From Paramecium tetraurelia (lineage: Eukaryota), in the NCBI GenBank assembly GCA_000165425.1, contig CT868563.1, positions 248,001 to 312,000 of the forward strand: 64,000 nt of DNA, read 5' to 3'. Positions 14,182 through 29,289 of this stretch are shown here, piece by piece. Positions within the stretch are counted from its first letter, which is position 1; every line of letters begins with the position of its first letter. Below the pieces are notes generated by a model. That model saw nothing but the letters and a program-made list of their open reading frames with translations. It did not search any database and was not told the DNA's origin. The translations under genes were made by a program, and so were the position numbers.

Positions 14182-16059
14182 ATGGCTAATCCTCACATAC
14201 CTGTTGAGTTCAATAAAGATGATGATGAATTGAAATGTCATCCTTCCCAAAGTGGTTCCACTGCCACTCCTACCCTCTTTGAGAATTCAAATAATTCTAA
14301 AGTGTTCTGTGCATAGTTTTTTGAAGACCAACTGCATCAAGATGGTACTTTCGATTTCATATATTTAAGATGATGAGTTCGATGAACTCAACCAGTAATT
14401 AAACTAAGTGTTACTTAACGATTCATTCAAGCCCTCACTTACCTAGGCTTTTACAGCTGACATGTAGATTTATTTTTAAAACGATTAGGTCATCATATCT
14501 TAGTCATGAGAAGCTGACCAAAAATTCTAGAAAGATGTAATTAGAATATTAGAATGCCACTTTGAGGGAGAAAGAATTTGTATTCAACACTTATATAAAA
14601 AATGACATTGAAAACTTTAGTCTTGATAAGTACAAACATTACATCCTTGAAAAAATCATTGAAGTTGGTATATTTGGAGTATTTATGGTTTAGGTCCCCC
14701 ATCCCACAAAAATCTTATATTAGATCGAATCTATAATCAAATACATAAACTCATCAAAGATCTCTATGCATGCAAGGTTATGCAAAAGGGTTTGGAAATC
14801 ATGACATGCAATCCCAAAGACTCCCAAGAATAACTGGAGAATTATCTTTACTTTATACATTAGGACAACGCATAAATGAAGAAAATCTACGTTGACAAAA
14901 TTGCTAATCAAATTATTTAAAAGAGTTTGGAAATCTTGGAAGGAAACAATCTATTGAAACTGCTCTAAATCCTATCGAAATATGTAAAAATGGAATAATA
15001 TTCTTAGATTCTCAATAATAACAAAGAAAAGTTCGAATTATCAACAGATCAATATGGATGTCTGATTGTCAATAAGATAATTGACATCTATCCAAAATAG
15101 TTTGATATCTAAACCAAAACCATTTGTAACGATATTATAGTCAGAGCTATCGAAAATTGTTCTTGTCTAACAAGAAGATAGTATGCTAACTATATTATTT
15201 AATAAATATTGGAGAAAGGACAAGAAGTCCATAAAAGATTGCTAATGGATCAATATCTCATTAAAGACTTCATCTCAATGTCTATGGATAAATATGGTAG
15301 TAATGTAGCAGAAAAGGCTATCATCTATGCTGGACCACAGTGGAGATTGAAATTATGGGAAGAAGAAGTCTCTATTTCTGAGAGGTAGATAATTTTTTGA
15401 TATATAATTCTAGTTCATTTAAGAAATTGATTAATGATCAATTTGCCAATTATCCAGTATAGAGACTATTCGAATATTTGGAACAATAATAAAGAAACGA
15501 ATTTATTGCTTTGCTGAATAAATTACATGAGAACAATCAACTCAACAATCATGGATAAATTGTTATGAAGTTTGCTTTAGCCAATTATTCTGTTAAAAGA
15601 TATACTCAAAAGATTGTCTAGTCAGAGTTAAACAAATAAAGCAAGAATTAAGATAAAAATAATAATACTAACAATAAGCAGTAGAAAAATCAGAAGTAAC
15701 AATAAAATCAATAAATTCCTCAATATTAATATTAATAGTAATAATAGTAGTAATAATATCAACAATATCAATAATATAATCAATAATAGATGCAATAGAT
15801 GCTCTTAAAATAATAACAACAATTTAAATCATTTGATCAATAATCATATCAAGCTGCTGTTATGCAACAAATGCTATTCTTCTAACAACAATAATAACAT
15901 TTATTAGCTTAAATGCCATAATTTTATAATTAGGATGCAAATTATATGCCCTATCCAATTATGTCATAAGAATAATAAATGATGATGTTAAGATGGATTC
16001 AACAGTAGCAACAACTTTGCAATTCAAATATTAAATTCCAAAATGAATAATAAAAATGA
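14182..16059 (+). CDS. Pumilio/PUF-repeat RNA-binding protein with Q-rich C-terminal tail
   Basis: Repeats SLDKYKHYILEK, KDLYACKVMQK, SMDKYGSNVAEK, NDQFANYPVQR; poly-Q tail about 15630-16050. Confidence 0.85.
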
Positions 16060-16770
16060 CAATCATGTAAATGATAAATATATATATTATATTTATAATC
16101 ATAATTCATTCTGTAATGTAAACAAAACTAAAACGTTGATATCACACACATCATTATTAAATGCTTAATTGTTTATACTTCATAAAGATCAATATATCAT
16201 TAAATACATTGTATAATCAATTATATTCAGAATTAATTCCTAATCGAATAAGTAATGAAATGATTGAGAAGAATAAATCTATTATTGAATTTTCAATATT
16301 TTAAAGGTTTTTTATGAAATCACATGAAAAATACGAAGAAAAATATTATGTATTCTAAACAATCAGATTAGGATTAAAATGAAAGTATTAATCAAAACAA
16401 TAGTTCTCTATGAAGGAATTAAGATAGTTTATTAAAAATCTAAATAATAAATCTAATGATTTGATATTGAGAGATATTTGTATAAAAAGATAGATCCAAA
16501 ATAATTTATTTATTTTATCAATTATTTAAGAATAGACACCAAGAACAACTATCTAGATAAGCATAATAATATTATTTGGGTATTATTGAATTATTTATAT
16601 ATAATACACCTTAAGATTTATAAGTGGCTAATCTTTTTGTAATTATAATTGTAAGAATACAATAAGCCTTCCCTTTTATTTACTTATCATTGCATTCAGA
16701 GTTCATTAATATATAAATCAAGATGAGCCTGCAATTATTGCATTGTAATTGTTATTTTTTTAAATTTAAA

Positions 16771-18200
16771 ATGACACAAGACATTTCAAAAGAAGTGCTT
16801 GCTCTCTCCATCCATGTCGCTGCAGCTGCTTCCTAAATCACCATCTAAACTCAATAGAGAATGAATTTAGTTACAAATAGTGTTATAGAGAGTGTAGACT
16901 AGACTCTGAAGATCATAAATTCTTTATTTATGCAATCTTAAAAACATTCACATTTGGATGCAGTTATAGAGGAATTTGATGAGGATTGTGGTAAGGATTC
17001 AAAAACGAAGGAATTCTATAAGAATGAATAACAAAATGCAATTGAAAATGAACAATTGGATTAAATTAGAATTGAAAATTTGATATCATAAGAAAATTGC
17101 AATCCAAACATGTCAGTCAAATCAACTAATTCAAGTTGCTTAAGTGTTTACAAATCAAAAAATAATAGTTAGATAATAGAAGAGTATCCACAAAATAAAA
17201 ATCACAGAAATGACACTCCAATCTAATAGAAGAAATAGTCACTGCTCTCATAATAGCTATCTTAAATAAAGGTTGATAAAGAAAAAGAAGCATAAGAATA
17301 AAAGGAATTAATGCTCCTTATTGACTAAGTTGATCCAGGCGAGCTAATTCCCTAATTGAAATCGATTGAGATGGTCGACCAATATCAAGAGGAGAATTCA
17401 AATCAATTGGATACCTTTGCAAACTTTGAAGAACCATTTATTGTTTTAAATGCAGAATAATGTTAAAAATAAAAAAACACGTCTCCAAAAAGATCAGAAT
17501 GGTATGATAGCTCTTCAGTTGAATATAAGGCTACATCTTATAATACCAACGAATCCTCTAATTTGGATCATCACTCTTATAAATGGAAGAGTAGCAGTAT
17601 TGAAGATGAAAATTTATTGCATAATTGCGAATTTCAATTTTAATCCTCAGTTTTTGATTTCCCATTTCCAGAGGACTTTTGTACAAATAGTATAAATGTG
17701 TAATAGAACTTTTAACAACTAGAATGTAAAAACTAATTTACTCCTAAAAAGAAGAGACTATACTGTAATAATAAAAAGGTTCCTCATTGGGCAGAGAATT
17801 TAGAGGTATTAATATTCTGAATTTTTTAGAAAGTTTAGCAATATCAATCTTAGTAAGATCATTTATCTTAACATTAAATCTTTGGTAAAATGAAGAACAG
17901 AGTTTTAGAGATTGCCAAATAGTTTTCAGAAAGTAGATATCATAGAAGAGGAAGTTCAGCATAATGGGAAATTCCTAATAAGACTTTTGATGTGATGTAA
18001 AAACAGATGAAGAAACTTTAATAAATATAAGATGATAATATATAAAAATTGTAGTAACATTAAATAAATGTAATAATAATCATTTATGATAGTCTGCATA
18101 GAAAAATTAAGGTTTAATTGCAAAAACCCAATATTTTTTAACTAGTATCAAAAAAAAAATCCTCAATTCATTTGAGAAAGATTCAAAATATAAAATATGA
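16771..18200 (+). CDS. INCENP-like protein with Aurora-B-binding IN-box
   Basis: KKVPHWAENLEKV...QIFGKM...EIAKQFSESRYHRRGSSAQW matches the IN-box pattern PxWA...FG...R(T/G)SSAxW. The 3' end depends on a last intron. Confidence 0.72.
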
Positions 18201-18490
18201 TTTTATCAAATTTATCTTTGTTTAAATAGAATTAGTTTCATAACAATAAAATAATAAAAACTACTCCTTTGTTCAAATTTAATTTAAAAAATATTGTAAT
18301 ATTCTTAAATTCTACATTTTTGAATTTTATAATTTGCTTTTTATTTAATTTATAGATTGATAAAAATATAATAATGTATCCTTAAGATTTACATTATTTC
18401 AATAATATCAACTGAGACAATCTTTTGATTTGATTAATAAAGTTTAAATAATTAGTTGTTTTATTAAATTCATTATTATATAATATTATA

Positions 18491-19580
18491 ATGAGGAAGG
18501 TTTTACCATCTATTATGAAGCATGTAAGTGAAAGATTTAACAACTTAAAAGGTAAATCAAACAGAATTTGGAGGACCAAATGTTCTTAAATTAGGAGAAT
18601 CCTTAATACCTAAACCAAATTAAAACTAATCTCTAATTGAGATTCATTCAACATCTATCAACAGAGCTGATACACTATAGAGATAAGGCAAATATCCTCC
18701 ACCAAAAGGAGTCACAAATATTTTAGGATTGGAATTTGCTGGCTATGAACTTGATACTGAAGGGAATAGATTAAGGAGAGTCATGGGAATATTATCAGGT
18801 GGAGGGTATGCCTAATATGTTGCAGTTAATAAGGATCATTTAATAGATGTCCCTTCTAACATACCATTGGATGCTGTATAATCAATTCATAATTATAGGC
18901 TGGTGGAATTAGTGAAATCTATTTGACAGCATATTTATAATATAAATTATCAGAATTAAAAAAAGGGAACTCATGTTTAGTGTATGCAGCAGCTTCGGGA
19001 GTTGGCTAAGCTACCTTATAATTATGTAATCATTTTGGAGTAATTGGAATTGCCAGTTGTTCACAATTAAAAGTTTAGAAAATCCAACAATACACTAATT
19101 ATATTGTTCATAGAGATTAATCGATTAAAGATTAAATTTCACAGATTAAATAGTATCAACCTTAAGGAGTAGCAGCAGTTTTCGATTGTGTTGGCCAATA
19201 AAATTATCAAATGACTTTAGAGACCTTAGGTATGGATGGTAAATGGATTCTCTATGGTTTATTGACAGGAGGTTCAATTGAAAAATTCAATCTTGCTCCA
19301 TTATTGGCAAAACGAATTAATCTAATCAATTCAACACTAAGGTATCTTAAGTTATGATTGCATAAGATCACGCTCTGATTAATTTAAGGCAGAACTTGCT
19401 AAGGATTTTACAAGGACCATTTTGCCTGTTATTGAAAATGGGTAAATTGCCATTCCAATACAATCTGTTACCAAAGTATAGTGGAATGAAGAGGGAATCA
19501 ATTAAATTATTCGATTACATACAGAAATGGAACAAAACAGAAATGTAGGAAAATTAATAGTTTCATTTTAAAATGATTGA
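18491..19580 (+). CDS. NADPH:quinone oxidoreductase (PIG3/zeta-crystallin MDR family)
   Basis: FGGPNVL, INRADTLQRQGKYPPPKG, ILGLEFAG, GGGYAQYV, YAAASGVG, FDCVG, MEQNRNVGKLIV. Confidence 0.92.
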
Positions 19581-20373
19581 TTTAAAGCATAGCTAAATTT
19601 AAATTTTATCATGATTTTTCTGATATTTAAGTTACTTTGTTGTGATAATAAAGTGACAATAATTAATATTATATATATATTGTAATATCAGAGGAATATT
19701 GAAGAAAACAACTCTAATAGTTTCAATTTGATCAATTATCAAATATTCAATTTCTTGTTTCTAATCAGAAATTTGGTCATACCTGTACCTTTCATTATGA
19801 ATAAATTTAAGCAAAAAAAAACTAGGTTTTATATGATCATTACATTTCATCAAATGGGAAACTTTTATATGAAGAAATTAAAATCTACTAAATTGAATCT
19901 ACTTAAAAGTATTTAAATAGCCCAAATGATAATTGGACATAATAAAAGGATGCTTAACTTTCTCATTTACCTTCAGGATTTAAAAGAATTTTTAGGTGAA
20001 TATTGAGTAGACCCATTTAATAAAAAAAATCCTAAGATTATATCAAAATTAATGTAATTTTACGATTTTAAGGGGCTTAAAGTTACTTAAACAAATGGTA
20101 CATACAACTATTAATAAAATGGATGCAATTCAATGTTGAAAATATAGATGGTTGTCAATTAGTCTTGAGAATCTATAATATTAGTCAAAAAAGTCTAAAA
20201 AGCAATGTAAAATTTGAAATTCAAGGTGAATGCATAAATTATGTACTTTTCATTTAATTTTTTCTTTATTAATTAAATCTTTAGTTACTTTTTGAGAATG
20301 GAAAAATATAGTCAACTTTATATTAATCGTTTGAAGAATAACTAATTATAAAATAAAATAAAATTATAAAATA

Positions 20374-21918
20374 TCACAAATTCTATGTTAACCTATCAAG
20401 CATTTCCTCTAAATCCTAGTTCAGTTTTCCAGCAAGTTATTCGATTGCAATAATAAACTGAAAGAAATCCATTTAATTAGTATTGCATGATCTCAAGATA
20501 ATCTTCCTGAATAGCAAATCGTAATCATGTTTCAGAAAAGTCTAGGAAGTCATTTATGGAAAGCTTGCTAATTTCTAAAACTTCGAAGAGTTCAAATATT
20601 CTTGAAATTTGTATCCAGACAAAAAACCATAAAGCTACATCATCTTTGAGAATATAGTTTCAGTTGAATCTACATCTAATTTTCGATAACTCTAGAAGCC
20701 TGGAAGTTCTTCTTAATCTTCAGTTGGCATCATGGCTAATTTAATTGCATCACCCAGAACTAACTCTTTAACATAACTGTCAATCAAAGATTCTTCAAAA
20801 ACAGATTTGCCATTTGCTGAAAAAACTTCGTGTTCAATTTAGAGACTTGGATTGGAATTGACTTCTAATAACCATGGTTTGCCTTTCTCATCAATTAGAA
20901 TATCAAATCCCAAGACTTAAAAACACTTGACTTCATCAAACTTTTTTTGAAAGACTAATTTTTAATTGAATGCAAGAAATGGAAGTAAACTCTTTAAGTA
21001 GGATACAACCAAACTTTCAATTTCATTCTCGATATCTTAATTATTGTAACCCTAGATTTCTAGATTCTTCTTGATGGATGAATAAGTTCTTTTGGTTCCC
21101 TCATTTATATCTAAGATGTTCTTACCGTTGAAAACTTGGAAATTGTTACTTCTCTTATTAAGTGAGTAGTTGGTTAGATGCATAAATGAGTTCCTGATGT
21201 TTTTATCATTAGGTTTTTCGTAGTCCACAGTGCAAAATCTGGCGAGTCCTTCCATATTGATGTAACATAAATAGGGGTCTAGAGATGTAATGAGAACATA
21301 TAATCTCAAATCGAATTTCTTTTTGTCTATTAAGAGAGGTTTTGAGATGTATTGTTGGATGACTATACTCTCATTGGTCTTTACTTCTTTTAAGTTTTTT
21401 AGCAAGTAGATTCCATCCCCTTAAGATCCGGCATCTGGTTTTGCAATGTAAGTTCGAGTGTTTTTATATTCTTTTTAAAATTTATCCAGTTCATCTGGTA
21501 TGATGTAGGTTTTAGGAAAGAACTCATATTCGTCTGGAAAATACTAAGCGAATTTATTCAAATAAAATGATGACTGTGTCTTGTGAGCCAATAAATCCAT
21601 TCCTGGATAGCGGTTAACATTTTATGAGAAGTACTCGTCATAATTTTATTATTTAAATGGCAATCCTAGCAAACAAATGTCGCCATCATTAAAAACTTCT
21701 TTCCAATTGTTCTTTGCAATTAGTTTACGTATTAATCTGGTTTCCCCTCTACAATTGGTGGTGTTGACTTTTATGACTTTCTGCTTTTTATATTGGTCTT
21801 GTTATTGTTGGAAGTTTTCGTAATTGGTTTTGAATTCGTCGACTTGTTATTCGGTGACTGTCAAGAGATCGTCGTTGTTTTGATTCCATGGGGAGATATC
21901 ATGAGGTTATTATTACAT
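20374..21918 (-). CDS. tubulin polyglutamylase, TTLL family (TTLL11-like)
   Basis: FFPKTY, YIAKPDAGSQGDGIYL, QQYISKPLLIDKKKFDLRLYVL, MHLTNYSLNK, FQVLGFDIL, PWLLEVNSNPSL. Confidence 0.9.
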
Positions 21919-21940
21919 ATGGATTGAATTAATTTAATTA

Positions 21941-23868
21941 ATGAAATTATTTAATAGTAGGAAATCGATTATAAAGGAGTAAGAATAAGAATCTGATAAA
22001 TAACGATAGATAGGAGATTATCTGTTAGGTTGGTGTTTAGGTTTACAGTAGTTAAAACCCTTGGATTGGGTACATTTGGTTTAGTCAAATTGGCAATTCA
22101 TTAAATAACTTAAGAGAAAGTAGCAATTAAAATTTTGGAGAAATCTAAGATAATAGATGTTGCAGATGTTGAAAGAGTCTCTAGGGAGATACACATTTTG
22201 AAATTGATCAGACATAAACATGTGATTCAATTATATGAGGTATTGAATGAAAAATAATCAAAGATAATTGAAACAAAGAAATACATATTTTTGGTTATGG
22301 AATTCTGTGATGGAGGAGAACTATTTGATTACATAGTCAAGCATCAGAAGTAATTATTATCAAACATTAATAAAGACTCTCTGAAATCGAGGCATCCAAG
22401 TTTATTTAGGAGTTAATATCTGGAATTGAATATATACACAAGTTGAATATAGTCCATCGAGATTTGAAACCAGAAAATCTGCTATTGGATTATCAAAAGA
22501 GTTTGAAGATTGTAGATTTTGGATTAAGTAACACATATAAACAGGGAGAACAATTAAAGACTGCTTGTGGTAGTCCATGTTATGCAGCACCTGAAATGAT
22601 ACAAGGGAATAAGTACAATTCCTTATTGGTTGATATTTGGTCTTGTGGAGTGATCTTATTTGCATCCATTTGTGGCTATTTACCATTTGAAGATGTAAAC
22701 ACTTCAGCTCTTTATAAAAAAATATTGAATGGAGAATATAAAATTCCTAATTTCGTGTCTCCCGAAGGCACAAGTTTTCTGAAAGGAATTTTGAATATTA
22801 ATCCAGAAAAGAGGTTTAACTTAGACTAAATTAAATCTCACCCATGGTTTAAATTGTATCGCAGATCTCACCCCATACCACCAGGGATTATTATTGGTTA
22901 TCACAGAATCCCTATTGATAATAATATTGTATCACAATTAAAGGAACGAGGATTTAATGAAGATTATGTAAAAATATGTTTGGATGCAAACAAATAAAAT
23001 AATGTGACAACCTCATACTTTTTATTAATGAAGAGACATTTGATGAATGGAGGAATGTCAACATCAGATATAAATTCTGTGCATTTTGAACCTAAATTAT
23101 TAGAACCAATTCAACGCACTTAAAAGGGTAATCCGCATTATTCTATATATTGTAGCACCTATTCTTGGCTTTTTAGATGAATCTATGCTCAAAACATTGA
23201 ATTCTAATCGGTCTTAATCCAATTAAAGTCGTAAGAACAAGAAAATGAATACATAATAAAATAGAGGACATTATTATTTGTAGGATGAGAAGTTAAATAA
23301 ATCAATCCAGTTGAAATAATCACATCGCTAAGATAGTTTGGACTCAGACGAAGAGTTAAGCAAACCCTTTTCTCAGAATGTTACATCCAATGTGAAAAAA
23401 TAGAAGGTTAGAACTGAATCAAATTATAATGCTGATTAATCATTGAATTAGACGACTATGATTGCTGGTAAAAGACAATCCATTTCACCTGCCAATGCCA
23501 ATCTTATTTTGTAATACATCAGTAAATCAATATATCTAAATATTTAATTAGAACAATAAAAAAAACTAACGCCTACTTCCATTAGAAATTCATGTCAACA
23601 AAAACCAAATATATTATCTTTGAATTATCAAAGAAATGTTTAAACTATTTATGATCATGAAGGCTTGAAGATTATGAATTCAAACAAATAACAACCCAAT
23701 GAGTAAAAGAGAAGCTAAAATAACTAATGGATGCCCTCGACCATTCTGAATCCTTATTAATTACTGTTATAATTGAATTCAAGGAAAGGATCTCGAGATT
23801 TAAGTGCTCCTCATTCAACTAAATGCGCAAACAATCCAAAAAGTAAATCCATTAATAGACAATTTTGA
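21941..23868 (+). CDS. SNF1/AMPK-related (CAMKL) kinase with UBA-like region
   Basis: TLGLGTFGLVKL, VHRDLKPENLL, DFGLSN, LKTACGSPCYAAPE, LDANKQNNVTTSYFLL. Confidence 0.92.
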
Positions 23869-23893
23869 TTATACTAATCAATAATTATATTAA

Positions 23894-25041
<1,148 letters not shown>

Positions 25042-25103
25042 TATTGTGTACATTTGATGTGTATTTCTAATAAACTATTTGAATTTCATTTATTTTTATT
25101 AAA

Positions 25104-26089
25104 ATGAATTCCTTATTTACTATTCTTAAAGACATGCAAATAAATGTGCCCCAATCACAATTGCAACATTCTTTTGTTTTTTGTGGCCAAACTCAAAGTG
25201 GGAAATCTACAATCGTATGTTTTTTTGTTTCAATTTTTAGGTCTCCAAACTTACCTCTCAATCTATATAGGAATAGGCAGGTTTGATTTACACACAATAA
25301 AAGACCAACATTATTGGTTATTAAGCAGTGCTTCAATATTTTGAGGTCTCTGGATAGGCATTTAAGCAATTGCTGACTTTGCCATTGAATAAGCAATCAT
25401 ACTAATAATACAGTTATATCTTAGTGATCGACTTATCAGATAACCCCCATGAAATCCTAAATGTTTGCAATACAGAAATTAGATATATCAAGGAAGAAAC
25501 AGAAAAGAAGTTATAGTAATCTATTGATGTTGACACTTTTAAACAATTGGAATTAAATATCTATGACAAGATCATGATGCATCACGACAAAAACAGAATA
25601 ATTCCTTCATATGTTCCCATTATAATTGTAGGATGGAAATATGATTTGTTCTCTAAAAATTTAGACTAAGAATCTAGAAAGTGGATAACCCGAGGATTGA
25701 GATATTTAGCACATTCAAATAATTGTTCACTTGTGTTCGGAAGCAATCAAGATTATCAATTAGTCAAATAGACTTTGTAATACAATGTAAAACCATCAGC
25801 TCCAATTTATCAATTTGATCACTTAAAGTAATTATGCATCACTCAACTATCTGATTCAATTGAAAATATCAATCTACCTCCTTCTGGAAACAATCCTTTA
25901 GATGGGTTCAATAAAATCATCAAAGATCAAATAGTTGCTGTGGTAAATAATTAAAAAAAGAAAAAACAATCCAAAATATCAGAAGAGGATTGGGATAACT
26001 ATAAAGAAGAAAAGATTGATAGGCTTATCAAGTAATTTGAATTTTAATAAAAATAAACAACAAAGCAAGAAGAAACAGTATTAATTTGA
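25104..26089 (+). CDS. DYNC2LI1: cytoplasmic dynein-2 light intermediate chain (IFT dynein D2LIC)
   Basis: P-loop FCGQTQSGKST, YFEVSG, LVIDLS, HHDKNRIIP..VPIIIVGWKYD, RKWITRGLRYLAH. Confidence 0.78.
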
Positions 26090-26118
26090 TCCAATATATA
26101 TATATAATATATTTATTT

Positions 26119-26773
26119 ATGATTTTAGAATTAATTTTCCTATTAACAGGTGTTCAATCTATTATTCTCAAATTCAAAGTTCCACCTGGTTAATAATAGT
26201 GCATCAAAGACTCCGTGTCTTAAAACACACTCATATATGGAAATTATGACACTACATCCCTACATTACAGTTTTACATTGAGTGTATTCAAACCATACTA
26301 TCTTATTTTAGATAATAAATTAATAGGATTAAGAGTCAATCATTATTCAGCATGCAAATGATATCAATCAATAATTTCATTATGTAATGGAAGAGTCAGG
26401 AGAAATTTCTATGTGCTTTGAAGTTGAGGATTATGCAGATGTTACAATTTTTAATCTGTTTTATGAAAGCGGTACTAAATTAGTATTCAAATATTTTATA
26501 GGTGCTGAAATCTATGACTAAGATTTATTGGCCAAAAAACAACATGTTCTTAATTTAAATGAGACATTAGAAACAATGGAATAATTGCAATAAGATATAT
26601 CAAGAGAATAATTGTTGATTGTTGATAGAGAAAATAAAAGAAAACATAGCTTTACCGATATTTAAACTAAAATCATAGGGTTTGCAGGCATAACCTTTGG
26701 ATTGTTAATTATAGTGGGTGCTTGTTAAGTTATATATGTCAGAAGATTTATAGTGTATAAAAAATTAGCTTGA
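26119..26773 (+). CDS. p24/emp24/gp25L (TMED, GOLD domain) protein
   Basis: Signal peptide, two Cys in a GOLD-like domain, coiled coil, C-terminal TM ending QVIYVRRFIVYKKLA* (KKxx). Confidence 0.85.
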
Positions 26774-27054
26774 TTTAATTGAATATTATGTTGTTAATCA
26801 AGTTTATTTAATATAAAATAAGCAAATTTTAAAGCGAATAAAAAAAATATTCTCTAAATTAGAAATTTTTGGTTCTATAAGAAATCATTTAAAGAAGAAA
26901 TCCTTATACATTAATCTAATATTTGTGATAAGAAATTAAGAGAACTTCTAAACCAAAACAATTTTAAATCTTTATCTTATTATCAGTAATATAATATGAT
27001 ATCAGATTTTTAATTGAATAATATATACATATATAAAAGTTCAGAATTGAGAAA

Positions 27055-27727
27055 TCAATTTTGTTTTTTATTTTCTAATTATATAAAGAATTTTGGTCTG
27101 TTGTACAATTCAACATTAAATCCCTTGTTGATGAATTTTTATAGAACTTGCTAAAATCTTTAAACGTCTAATCTTTCAGAGTTATTCAGGTACTCTACTA
27201 TAGAATTCAATAAATTACTTCTAGCTATCGAAGGCTTCATACCTTAGTTTAAGTAGGATTCTTATAAGAATTTCTCGAATCTTGATTAGTCTTTTATTTC
27301 ATCATGCAAATACTGGCATCTTATACCATAAGGACAGAACCCTTGAGTAAAATATCTATTGCATGGCTTTGTTTTGTATTTCTGATGTAAATGAGTTTTA
27401 GCCTACAACTCGGAATAGCCATGGGCAAATGAGCACTAGAATTTATGTTTAAAAAGTACTTCGTTTCCAAATTTGCATTGTCCAGTCAATTAAAAGTTCT
27501 TACACAACTCGGTCTTCTTCTTTTTTGTGTATTCTTCAATATATAGTTTCTTTTCTTCGATAGTCTCAAAATACTTCTTTTTTGGTTAAACACTAAAAAT
27601 ATATTATAAAAAATTCTTACTCTATTTAGAATTATTCTTCATCGTCATCTGTGCTTACAAAGTCAATCCCATTTTATTAGTCAAAATAGGATTTATAATA
27701 GGTCTCAAGTTGAGTTAGATTATTCAT
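27055..27727 (-). CDS. tandem CCCH zinc-finger protein, TIS11/ZFP36-like
   Basis: KTELCKNFQLTGQCKFGNECSFAHG...KYKTKPCNRYFTQGFCPYGIRCQYLH, after splicing a 24-nt intron. Confidence 0.9.
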
Positions 27728-28446
27728 TTTTTATAAATATTTATGAATTAATTTGTACTAATTGGCTTTAATAAAACTGAAGTGACAAATTTTCATTCGG
27801 AATCCTAATCTCCACTTAAATAAATAATAATTCTAATTTATGTATTCTTTAATAGAATTAAACATATTTAAATTGATTAGGCCTAAATAAATGTATTTTA
27901 TTTATCATTTTATGTTCTTGTGCTTCAAATGCACACATTTTTTTTATAATTATAGAAATAAATATTTTTTAGTTACATGCTTATATTGATAATGCATTAA
28001 ATACTTTGTAACCTTTTATATGATAATTTTATTGCCTTCATTTATTCTGGTTAGTAATTTTCTTTCTCAGATTTTGTCAGAATACTTAAAAATAGTTTTT
28101 TTAAAAAAATTATAGGTTCATAGCAGATTTTTAAATGAAAACATTTTTTAATAGAATTTTAAAGTATTATCACGTTAAAGAATCAACTACTACAAACTAG
28201 TGGATGATATTAAGACAATTTATTGAACCAAAATTGAGTCTATATCGATTAGTATTCTTATTATATAGTATTTGAATTTAAAAGTATTCATTCAATTACC
28301 AACCATTAAATATATACAAAAATTGTATACTAATATTCAGGAGATCTATTTAATTGATATTGATTCAAATAAACAACACTATAGTTTATCTATAAGTGTG
28401 AATATTTATTTTCTATATTTATAAATAATTAATATTGTTTAAATTT

Positions 28447-28948
28447 ATGAATTTTCTTAATAAAACGCTGAAAACTGCCTCTTAATCTGAACCAGATTTA
28501 TAATAATATTAAGACCTGATAAATGGTCATGAGGAACTATGCTAAAATCAAAGCGTTAATTTGCATGACAAAAAGAAGTCAGGTAAAAAGACAAAGGTTT
28601 AATATCAAATTTTCAATCTTTCTTTAACCAAAGCAACTTTTGCAAGTATTCAAACTATGTATCAATTTACTAAAAAGTATATCGTTTATTATATCAAAGA
28701 ACTATAAAATAAATAAACTAAAATGAAAAAGTAACTATAAAGCAAAATTTTTAGGAGTCAATGAAGGAATATAATCACTAATTATATAAAATCTCAAAAA
28801 ATCTACCAAGTATTCTTAATACATAGCATCTATAATTTCCATCAATTCGAATAAGTAGCTGGTATGAAAAAGTAAAACAAGCCTGCTTTAATAATAAAAA
28901 TGAATAGAACTAGTAATTAATACTTCACAATCCAGGTTAGAGAGATGA
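28447..28948 (+). CDS. hypothetical protein
   Basis: The frame can be assembled with three short introns; no recognisable motif. Confidence 0.4.
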
Positions 28949-29289
28949 AGACAATGATTTTATAATTATCTGATTTGCATCATACTATTCTCCTTTATTT
29001 CTGGCAATGTTCTTAAACTTTAATTTTAACAAGCTTTCTAGTTATTCTGATTTATAAATTAATTTAGAATTTACTAATCGCCTTTGTCATTTACAAATAA
29101 ATAATTATTTTCAGTTATAGAGCTCATACTACTTTAAATTATTTTTATCAATTACTTATTGATAATTAAAATTTCAAATAATGATCTTTGAGTATTAGAT
29201 AAGAATTAAATGTGATATTCATTTGTGAAATAGTGTGGAACGACATAAAAAATGATTATATGATTTTCAATTTTAATAATATAAATTCA

